From Macrostomum lignano (Eukaryota), in assembly GCA_002269645.1 (NCBI GenBank), contig NIVC01002725.1, positions 82,374-146,373 on the forward strand: a stretch of DNA of 64,000 nucleotides. The letters run 5' to 3'. Shown piece by piece: positions 48,377 through 60,604 of this stretch. Positions within the stretch are counted from its first letter, which is position 1. Each line of letters begins with the position of its first letter. Both the position numbers and the translations under genes were made by a program. The notes beneath the pieces were generated by a model. The model was not told the origin of the DNA, searched no databases, and saw only the letters and a program-made list of their open reading frames with translations.

Positions 48377-49854
48377 GGCAATCTTCAAGTTTCGTTCGTT
48401 AAATGATTTTTTCAATGATTTCTGAACTATCTTGCTCTGAGATGATTGTTTTCGAGCTCTCCAGTGTACCCAGCCCTTTCCTAGCTGAGAAAGTAGCAGC
48501 TTTGTTAATATTAACCTCTAAGGTATCATAAAGCCGGAAATATAAGATGCAAACAAGCAAAGCTAACATGTAACGCTGAGTACAAACAGACAGAAATAGT
48601 AACACAGTGGGGTACAGCAGGGGCAGTAGTAGCAGTCCAGTTCAGTAGCAACAGTTTAGCACATAGAACTCAATGCTTAGACATTATAGTAATGTGCGAT
48701 CCAGTATAGGATGTTCCCAAATGGATTGACAGGGTGCAGACGGCGCCATATGAACTCATCCAGGTAGGTTTCAAACAGGGCCTGTGATGTACCGTGCATT
48801 GCCCTTAGCTTGGCCTTGCAGTGTGCCCAGGTGCCCTCGATTAGGTTTGTATGTACAGTTGGGTCTAGAGGGTTCATGAAGGCCAATTGGTAGTTCACCA
48901 CCACCGCAGTTGGCCATAAGCCTGCCAGCCATCGGTAATAATCTGTGTACCAGGAAGCACATACTGCTGGATGATTGGCAGTAGTGTGGCAGCTGTCCTG
49001 TTGGGCACAGCAACTAAAGTTGCCTTCCTGGAACCACGCTCAACCATGCCCAACACCCATTGGCCTGGCCGATGTGCACCCTGGTGGTACTTACGATGGA
49101 AGAAGTACGACTCGTCCACTTCTACATCCCGGCCAGCACCACCAAGCTGCATCGGATGGTTTAATAGGTATTGGGCACAGACATCCCTAATGAAGTTCTG
49201 CCAGTCAACCGTAGACTGGGGACTAGACTGCATGGTAGTTGGTGCAAGCCCAAGCGTAGCCATCAGTAAAGCGGTCACCTTGACGGAGCTGCAGCCGAAG
49301 TTGAGTGGCCGGACAATTGGCACACACTTGCTGGTTGGCAATTAGATGGTATTTGGCCATCCAATTCATGGTATCCCTTGTTGTTGCCGTAATCACAGCC
49401 AGTTCCCGCATTGTCAAGGTGATGTTGCACAAAGCTGCAGCTGGTTGCACTTGTGCTACTGGTACAATAAAAGTGGGTGCCTCTGGTTGTCCTGCCATAG
49501 TATATTAGTCTTATAGTGTATTAGTTGCTTGTCTATTAACTGCTTATGATATTACTCCATGCCACTCCTAAAGCTGCATACAGTAGCATCTTTATTCCCC
49601 ATAGACATTCTTTGCTAAAATGCCACGTCAGTGAAAGCCACGTCATCATTACATTACCATAATATGGGCCATAGACATTCCTTTGCCTACCAATGGCTTT
49701 ATGGTATATTAGATATATAATATTAACAAAACTGCTACTTTCTCAGCTAGGAAAGGGCTGGGTACACTGGAGAGCTCGAAAATAATCATCTCAGAGCAAG
49801 ATAGTTCAGAAATCATTGAAAAAATAATTTAACGAACGAAACTTGAAGATTGCC
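48377..49854 (-). mobile_element. Merlin (IS1016/IS1595-like DDE) DNA transposon with a disrupted transposase
   Basis: 136-bp TIRs (48377-48512 and 49719-49854, about 3 mismatches) beginning GG; exact 8-bp TSD AAATATTT. Transposase in three frames: 49498-49223 (CxxC..WxC zinc ribbon), 49220-48895 (VEVDES, WVLGMVER, TDGWQAY) and 48904-48677 (HTNLIEGTW, YLDEFIWR). Confidence 0.93.
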
Positions 49855-51448
49855 AAATATTTTGTTGTTCCATTTTAAAAGTTAATTGGTAAATTCTTTT
49901 GGAGCATATTAATCAATACATATATGTAATATTTAGTATGAATTGGCTGTTACCAAAATGGCTATTACCAAAATAGTAATTTTTTGTTACTGAAGTGGCT
50001 GTTATTAAAGTGGACTATAGCTACACAAACAAGGTCTTGTCACTTTTTCTAGCATTAAACCTGGCGTACACTAATACACAATCCGAACTAGGCCCTATGG
50101 CTCATTGTACTATTATCTTTTGACTTTAGTTTAAACTGTTTAGTTTGGATTTTATGTCTTGATGCTACCTACAATTGCAACTTGCAAGCAATTTAGAAAT
50201 TTGCACTAGGCCTAGGGGCTAGGCCGAAGCCAAGGTCTAATTTCAGGGTGCGATTTTTTTGTGATACTCAGCTGTCATGATTTGTTGGCATCATTTAGGC
50301 TATACTACATCATTGACATTTAAAATAAATGATTAAAAACTAACAAAATATCAGCATGATTTAATTTAAATTTCATTATATCAGTACTCTACACACATTA
50401 GGAATTAAGATAGGCTACTTGTAACTAGGCTGGCTACTAGAGTGACGAGTCTAGCTAGGGCCTATACTATATTATACAATACTTTAGTATCTTATTAGTA
50501 AGTAGACTATAGTATAGACTATAGTATAGAAAATAGAAAAGTAAGAAAAAATCATAAGCATAAGCCCAAGCCTAAACATGCCTAACATACAAGTCTTTTT
50601 CCTATCCATTTACTAATATAGTAAGCGGGGTTGCGTGGGTTAGTGTGCCCAATTATTCATTGGGTAGGCCTAGTCTCGCGGTATATATAGTTTTTTAGTC
50701 GCTAAGATTTAAAAACAAAATTTGGTTTTCGGAAGTCGAATTTCTAAGAATAAGAAACAGCTAAAACAAAAGTCTGCTAAAAAGTAAGTTTATGACGCGA
50801 TAAATATGATGTAATAGTAAAAAAATACTTTGAAGTTATTATACTATGAAAGCTTTGATATGGCACAGCTGCTCGTAGATGCAGCAGTAAATAATTAGAG
50901 CTATTATTGATTTCCCAGTCAGCTAACTTATTTCCAAGTAAATAAATACTCTTACACATTGCACTAAAAGTCAGACAAGCAGTTTCGAAGAATCAATATT
51001 AAGCTGCAGTTATACAAATAACCCAGTATTTGGATACACGGATTATGTTAAATGTCTCTGAACGAGCTTCGGAACTGAGACGAATCTTATATACAACAGA
51101 TAACAGGGCTGGTTCACCGTCAGAAAGTTCGACATTAATGATTCAATGCGCACAACCAGTCTACCAGTATGTGCATTTCTTAAAAATATATTTATTCGTA
51201 GAGCTTTTGTCCGAAGCTCATGCAGGAAATGTTTCTAAATGTAGATGCAGTCGCTATACAAATAATTGTTAGCTACATGTAGCTACTTTATAGCGGTGCA
51301 CACCAGAAGCAGTATACGCACTTTTCTGAGTACGTATCAAGGTTTAGCTTATTTTTTTCGCGCTCGAGCTGCTTAAGGCATGAGAAACTGGCCAATAGGA
51401 GTGTATCAGTGGAAAGCCGACCGACCGAAATCGACGTACCTTTCGGTC

Positions 51449-51485
51449 TGTACCTTTCGGTCGGTCAGACCGACCGAAAGGTACA
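51449..51485. other. Perfect 37-bp quasi-palindrome (18-bp stem, 1-nt loop)
   Basis: TGTACCTTTCGGTCGGTC-A-GACCGACCGAAAGGTACA, preceded by partial copies of both arms. Confidence 0.9.
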
Positions 51486-53114
51486 AGATGTGGGAAACTT
51501 TCACCAGCCAATCGTTGAACAAATGCACCTTACTGAAACTTCTAATAATAATGTCATACCAAGACTAGAGACTGGTTCAGGTAATACAAAACACTTTACG
51601 AGTTGGTTGGCAGTATCTATAATCGAGTCGCAAGATTGGATCACAGATATCGCTAAAGAAGCTCCTAATTTATCAGGACGCTGATCTCTGTTAAGCTATG
51701 CATAGGATTCGAACTGCAGCTACCAAATGAACTGCTATTTAGCTTTAATAACGCGACACAACAATCCTAAACCAGGTGGAAAACGGGTTCTGCAGCCGAT
51801 GGCTCTATGCGCATATCTCCAAACGTCGATTTTAATTTATCGACGTCATGTTGGGCAGCAACCAGCCTAGTAACCAGACTTTTGGGATAACATTTACCGA
51901 AGCTGCATGGCTATCTCGAGGAAAGTAGCTGAAGTTTTCGGCTCTGGAAACTGACAATAGCTAACTGACACCCGAGGAGAGCTGCAAATTGTAGTGACGC
52001 GTAAAATCTTTGATATGCATAATGGGATAAGTCACTACCGATTCACTAACCGATTAATTGGCCTATCGAACGTCCACTAATAAGAGTAACAAACATAACA
52101 AGTTGGCGAAACAAACTTTCTAATTTAAGCAAGGTAAGCAATGTTTTTTTAAGTGAAGCACTGTACTATTGACATTTAAATAAATAAAATAAAACAATAA
52201 TTTTTATAACAGGCTATTTCTAATTAAAGAAAAGCACATTTCAAGTGCGACTTGCTTGACTAGAGTTAAAAAATGATTTGAAAGTACAATGAAAAGTAAA
52301 TTAAGCTGTATGGTTATAGTGCATGCGTTTGGTTAACGAAGATGAAAATTCATCCGTGTCTTTTCTGCTAACAGAATTTTATTAAACCAAATAAAAACTA
52401 ACCTATTAAATTAGACATTTAAATACAATATACAATGTGACACTGTCGGTGCTTTGAACAATAAACTTTGATGATGATTTCTAACTGGGAGATCAAGTCT
52501 ATTTAACAAAATTTAACATAACTGTTTTTTATAAAAGGGAACAGAATGGCTAGAATTCATGTAAATTTATAGGTTTGTTTTGAATAAAGAATTTTCATGC
52601 TAACTAGCACCAAGCACATGTCAGCTATTTATATTATTTAACAGAAACCTAATACACAAAAGATAATATTTCCATACTTGGGGTATTATTAAAAACCTAC
52701 TTTATTAACCTAATTAGAATCAAAATCCTCACCAATGATAATTACAGGTAGCTAGGAAAATACAGACTGCTGTCCGTAAAAAATGTATTAACGTGTGGCA
52801 CAACACAGGTAAGAATGCAAAACTACTTTTATTAAAGCACTAAACTTAATAAGTCTTCTAAATCTAAAGTGATTTACAAAGCAAAATACAAGACAAATGT
52901 AATACGAGTATAAGGGTGAAATGCAGCATATAATTTTATTCATTTAAGCTTTAAATTTTGCACCGATAAAAAAATTCTAATTAATCTAGCTAAGCGATTC
53001 TTTCTGCATGCAGGAAATACGGGAAAAAATCACGTCATGCTACTTCAAAGTAGCCAAAACAGGATAAGTAGTGTATTTGTAAAGGATCATAAAAGTTATT
53101 ATAATATTTCGCTA

Positions 53115-53285
53115 CCATTAATCCGAAAAGCGCTTTCCATCAAAAACCCGAAATATCGTAACTCAAAACCAAAATACCATTAGAATAAAAAATAGAGTAA
53201 AATATTGCTAGAACTTTCAGATTATGATATTTCAGGTTTATGATATTTCGAGTTTATGATGAAAAGCGCTTTTCGGAGTTGTGAT
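53115..53285. repeat. Imperfect inverted repeat of about 45 bp, probable MITE remnant
   Basis: TCCGAAAAGCGCTTTCCATCAAAAACCCGAAATATC versus GATATTTCGAGTTTATGATGAAAAGCGCTTTTCGGA. Confidence 0.6.
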
Positions 53286-53761
53286 TTTTTGGTTTGTGAT
53301 GCCCCCCCCGTTTACAAAGCTACACATATATTTTATATCAAACTGTTCTAAAACAATTCGAATGAAAAATTCCACAGGGCATGTGCAATTAATTCTACTA
53401 ATAGTAGCAAAAATCTGTTAGAATCAAAATGACAAAAATCAACTGCTAGAGTGGGACTATGTCAAGTGTGTCGACTCCCGATATGTATAGTATGCAATTT
53501 TTAAGCACGTTGAAATCGGCTGAATTAAGAGTTCGCGCTAAATTTATTGCCGAATCATTATATAACTAGCTGATAATCATCGTCAAACAATTTGGGTCTT
53601 CGTGTCATATAGCGTGTGTCATAACACAGCAAATTAAAATTTCGGGCATCCCTAATTTGAATGCCTGATGCCAAATTGGCGTCAAGTCTTTTTTCTAAGC
53701 TGGGTGTCGTTTAATTTGAGTTCCGTATTAAAATTGTTATATTAGTTCATAGGAGATAGGA

Positions 53762-54135
53762 GATCTGCGCGCTTGTCACTACCGTCAAAATTGTCTGCGC
53801 TAATGTGTCACTACCGTCAAAACTGTCTGCGCTAATGTGTCACTACCGTCAAAACTGTCTGCGCTAATGTGTCACTACCGTCAAAACTGTCTGCGCTTAT
53901 GTGTCACTACCGTCAAAACTGTCTGCGCTAATGTGTCACTACCGTCAAAACTGTCTGCGCTAATGTGTCACTACCGTCAAAATTGTCTGCGCTTATGTGT
54001 CACTACCGTCAAAATTGTCTGCGCTAATGTTTCACTACCGTCAAATTTGTCTGCGCTTATGTGTCACTACCGTCAAAATTGTCTGCGCTCTTGTGTCACT
54101 ACCGTCAAAACTGTCTGCGCTCTTGTGTCACTACT
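53762..54135. repeat. 32-bp minisatellite about 50 bp downstream of the FITM stop codon
   Basis: GTGTCACTACCGTCAAAACTGTCTGCGCTAAT units. Confidence 0.96.
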
Positions 54136-54181
54136 TATCGAGTCTCCACCATTGTAGCCTTTATATATAATACACAAACTG

Positions 54182-56016
<1,835 letters not shown>

Positions 56017-56244
56017 CTCAGAGTCTGAGAATCAACTAATGCCTTCGATGAGAAACTGCTCAAGCTAGACTAATCAAGGTGAGTATCTGCAACATGCGAA
56101 TATTAAGGATGGCAAGTAGGAGCATATTATTTCATGGCCTAAAATACATCAATAGTTTTAAAACCTTTTTAGAGCCTAAAAATTATTTTGTTCCCCCTTT
56201 TAATCTACCCCTTGTTCTACATCTTTTACCTGTGCCATCTCTCT

Positions 56245-57350
56245 TCTCCATGTTCTATCTATCTTCTCTCTTTCTATCTCTCGTCTCTCTCTCTCCCATC
56301 TTTCTGCTCTCTCCCTCATCTCTCTCCTCCTGTCTTATCTCTCTTCTCCCTGTCTCATCTCTCTTCTCCCTGATCCATTTCTCTTCTCCCTGACCCATCT
56401 GTCTTCTCCCTGTCTCATCTCTCTTCTCCCTGTCTCATCTCTCTTCTCCCTGTCTCATCTCTCTTCTCCCTGACCCAACTCTCTTCTCCGTGACCCAACT
56501 CTCTGCTCCCTGACCCAACTCTCTTCTCCGTGACCCAACTCTCTTCTCCGTGACCCAACTCTCTTCTCCCTGTCTCATCTCTCTTCTCCCTGACCCATCT
56601 GTCTTCTCCCTGTCTCATCTCTCTTCTCCCTGTCTCATCTCTCTTCTCCCTGTCTCATCTCTCTTCTCCCTGTCTCATCTCTCTTCTCCCTGTCTCATCT
56701 CTCTTCTCCCTGTCTCATCTCTCTTCTCCCTGACCCATCTCTCTTCTCCCTGACCCATCTCTCTTCTCCCTGTCTCATCTCTCTTCTCCCTGTCTCATCT
56801 CTCTTCTCCCTGTCTCATCTCTCTTCTCCCTGTCTCATCTCTCTTCTCCCTGTCTCATCTCTCTTCTCCCTGACCCATCTCTCTTCTCCCTGACCCATCT
56901 CTCTTCTCCCTGACCCATCTCTCTTCTCCCTGTCTCATCTCTCTTCTCCCTGACCCATCTCTCTACTCCCTGTCCCATCACTCTACTCCCTGTCCTATCA
57001 CTCTACTTCCTGTCCCATCTCTCTTCTCCCTGTCTCATCTCTCTTCTCCCTGTCTCATCTCTCTACTCCCTGTCCCATCACTCTACTCCCTGTCCCATCT
57101 CTCTTCTCCCTGTCCCATCACTCTTCTCCCTGACCCATCTCTCTTCTCCCTGACCCATTTGTCTTCTCCCTGACCCATCTCTCTTCTCCCTGACCCAACT
57201 CTCTTCTCCGTGACCCAACTCTCTTCTCCCTGTCTCATCTCTCTTCTCCCTGTCTCATCTCCCTTCTCCCTGACCCATCTGTCTTCTCCTTGTCTCATCT
57301 CTCTTCTCCCTGACCCAACTCTCTTCTCCCTGTCCTATATCTCTACTCCC
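56245..57350. repeat. 20-bp pyrimidine-rich minisatellite between FAM241 and FITM
   Basis: CTCTTCTCCCTGTCTCATCT and CTCTTCTCCCTGACCCATCT units. Confidence 0.97.
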
Positions 57351-57928
57351 TATCCCATCTTTTTTCTCCATGTTTCTTCCATCTCGCTTTTCCCTGTCAT
57401 CTATTCCCACATAGTCTATATGATTTGCTATTCCATACAATGGTTAACAAAACAACTATAATCAAATTCTTAGAAATAAAACAAACAGGAAACAATGATT
57501 GGTATTCCATTGGTTATACTGCTATATACGTGTACACTCGAGAATATCGATAATAAATACAATAAATGTACAATAACGATAACAATTTATTGCATAACTA
57601 TATATTCAAGCGCAATTGTAACTGGCTTGCAATCTGATAGACAGTCAAACGCATAGAAATCAATTCTGAATAAACGAGAATTTATACTATTCATCATAAG
57701 AATCGCGGATAACAGTTAGCCTAAAATATGACAATAATTCTTACCAAATCTACCCAGCTAATAGAATAGGAATGAAATCTATTGATATTTTACTAGAAAA
57801 AGCTTTCTCGCACACGTTGTGGCACAAGTGTTAAATATTAATTTAAAAAATCGATACTCAAGCGAGAGAAAAAACTGACACGCAAATGCAGTCCAGCAAA
57901 TAATTAGAGCAGAAGCAACGACTGGCGA

Positions 57929-58462
57929 TCAGTGCCGACCCAACACCCTGCCGCTGCCAACACCTCGCCGCCCTGGACCGCCGCCGCCGCCGCCGCTAGC
58001 CCGACCAGATCGTCGCTCAGAAGCAGCCGCAGCGCCAGGCCCACCGCCGCCGCTGCTGAAGTGCACAACAGCGAACAGTACAGCGGCAAATAGCAGGCCT
58101 TTCAGGCCGAACATCAGCACGGCCAGCAGGCAGCCAACCAGAGCCAGCGGCTCCAGCACCGCGCCCTGCCACAGCGTCACCCGGGGCAGGCCTGCGTCTA
58201 GCAGGCGTTGATTCAACATCTGGAAGATGCTCACCCCGCCGCCGCCGCCGCCCTCGCTGCCACCTCCGCCACCGCCAAGAATTCCGGCGCCCATCGGCGA
58301 GTTCTGACGATCCTCGTCGCGAGTGACGCCGCCAATTGGACGACGAGGTTCGCCAGTCGCTGATGAACCACCACTGCCGCCGCCGCCGCCGCCGCTGGCA
58401 AATCTACGAGCTCTAGGATCGTCGTCTTGAACTATTTCGCCGCTAGGCAGAATGCGAACCAT
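57929..58462 (-). CDS. FAM241: FAM241 (C10orf35/C4orf32, DUF4605) family membrane protein, single coding exon, 177 aa
   Basis: N-terminus MVRILPSGEIVQDDDPR resembles the FAM241B start as I recall it; conserved core SIFQMLNQRLLDAGLPR...VLEPL..LLAVLMFGLKGLLF followed by a hydrophobic segment. Confidence 0.88.
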   Translation of the reverse strand: MVRILPSGEIVQDDDPRARRFASGGGGGGSGGSSATGEPRRPIGGVTRDEDRQNSPMGAGILGGGGGGSEGGGGGGVSIFQMLNQRLLDAGLPRVTLWQGAVLEPLALVGCLLAVLMFGLKGLLFAAVLFAVVHFSSGGGGPGAAAASERRSGRASGGGGGGPGRRGVGSGRVLGRH

Positions 58463-58502
58463 GATTTCTGTTTATGGTTGTCATGAATTGCGTGGGTATG
58501 GG

Positions 58503-58650
58503 ATTTCAACATAAAATGACAGCATTTCAACATAAAATGACAGCATTTCAACATAAAATGACAGCATTTCAACATAAAATGACAGCATTTCAACATAAAA
58601 TGACAGCATTTCAACATAAAATGACAGCATTTCAACATAAAATGACAGCA
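58503..58650. repeat. 21-bp tandem repeat, about 7 near-perfect copies, about 40 bp upstream of the FAM241 ATG
   Basis: ATTTCAACATAAAATGACAGC units. Confidence 0.96.
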
Positions 58651-59934
58651 TATAGTCAAGCGATACTACTTACACAGCTAGCTAGCCAATAAAGTAAAAT
58701 TGTGGTTCAACTTATTTTGAATACACACTAACGTACACACATTGTGGTTATCCCGACCGATAATGTACATCGAGTAAGCTAAACTTAAACCCTTTAGGGT
58801 GCGCGAGGATTGGGTAATTGAGTGGGGCGTAAAACAGTGGCTTAGTTAGGCGCATATAAAATTTAAATTGGTTAGCGAGGCCGCTAATGAACATCCCAGC
58901 CGGTTTAATAAAACCCCTTCCTGGTCTGTGCGGTTGGGCCATAAAATTAGCTCGGAAGGGGGGTAGAGAATTGTTAAGTCAGGCGGAGAAATGATGTACA
59001 TTGGTTAAGACTAGCCGCTAATGTACAACATGCCAACCCGGTTTAAAAAACCCTCTCTCTCCTAGCATTTTAATAGCTAATCTAATACACTAATTAATCA
59101 TTAAAAAACAAAATTACAGTAAATAAATTATAAAAAGTCAAAATAAGTTTTTATTAGCAATTAAATATGTAATTGGTTCTTTTATTATGTATCAATAATA
59201 TATATGCAATTGTTTTATACTTAAATCAAATTAGAAAGCATGTTCAAATACTATAAAATACATTTTGAGCTTTAGGGAACACATTAAACGACACAATCCA
59301 AGGCGCTTACATTCGAATATATTTCTATACTATTACTTTAAGTAGCATGATTCAAAACATCAGTTATCCAAAGTGAATCAGGAATACGAGTAAAGCGGAA
59401 TTTCTGTTCGATTTACGAGTACTGGATCCAGGTAGAAATTCACGAACTGGAAGTGATATGAAATGTCACAACATTATAAATCGTGTAACAACAGAGCATA
59501 GTTTTACATATAATACACAGTTCACATGTACAAAAAATTAACAGACAACATAATAAATCTATTCAACGCATTGCATTTCATTCCATTTAATTTTGGCACC
59601 AAATTTACTTCAATCAAATTTAATTTATGATATAAATAGTACGAATTTTCTTACGAATACTACAATTTGAGTTTTTTAAAAGCTGTTTTATGATTGCTGA
59701 TTAAACTGTAGTAATCAATAGACAAATCGCATTTATTAGTATATAGGACTATAAAAGCAATAAACAACAAAAGTACATTTTATATTGAATGTGCAAACAA
59801 TTATTACCTGGTTAGGCATTTATGAAAGCACACACAGCCATTAAGACAACACAGCATGAAATAAGCAGCATGAGTAAACATTTTATGCATAAATCTTATA
59901 TCAAAGATCAAAGACTAACCAAAGTAGTGGAAAG

Positions 59935-60470
59935 ATCAAAGACTAACCATAGCGGTAGGATCAAAGACCAACCGTACCGGTAAGGCTAGATCAAAGACAA
60001 ACCATAGCGGTAAGATCAAAGACCAACCGTAGCAGCAAGATCAAAGACCAACTATAGCGGTAAGATCAAAGACCAACCATCATAGCGGTTAGATCAAATA
60101 CCAACCATAGCGGTTAGATCAAAGACCAACCATAGCGGTTAGATCAAAGACCAACCATAGCGGTTAGATCAAAGACTAACCATAGCGGTTAGATCAAAGA
60201 CCAACCATAGCGGTTAGATCAAAGACCAACTGTAGCGGCAAGATCAAAGACCAACCATAGCGGTAAGATCAAAGACCAACCATAGCGGTAAGATCAAAGA
60301 CCAACCATAGCGGTTAGATCAAAGACCAACCATAGCGGTAAGATCAAAGACCAACTGTAGCAGCAAGATCAAAGACCAACCATAGCGGTAAGATCAAAGA
60401 CTATTCGTAGCTTCGTAACGGTAAGATCAAAGACTAACCATAGCGGTAAGATCAAAGTCGAAACGATAGC
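59935..60470. repeat. 25-bp minisatellite downstream of the myotubularin stop
   Basis: AGATCAAAGACCAACCATAGCGGTT units. Confidence 0.96.
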
Positions 60471-60604
60471 GTCAAGCACAACCAACAATCAAGCGGCAAC
60501 TTCAAAGGCAAAACCTAGTGCAATAAAATGAAACAATATTCTTTAAACCAGCTACAAGCAGTGATCAAACGATTTAAACAAAAAAATTAAGTAACAAAAA
60601 TAGT

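Larger units (their letters stand above)
45938..50020. mobile_element. Old foldback-like element with degenerate subrepeat TIRs, hosting two nested insertions
   Basis: CCACTTTGGTAATAG/AAC subrepeats at 45940-46037 mirror GTTACCAAAATGG/TTATTAAAGTGG at about 49945-50015. The flanks share an imperfect ACAAACAA. Ends are approximate. Confidence 0.55.

Noticed and set aside
51695-51745. Perfect B box (GTTCGAATCC, minus strand) with an A-box-like stretch
   Set aside because: The spacing leaves no room for an anticodon arm and I could not form a cloverleaf, so it is not called a tRNA.
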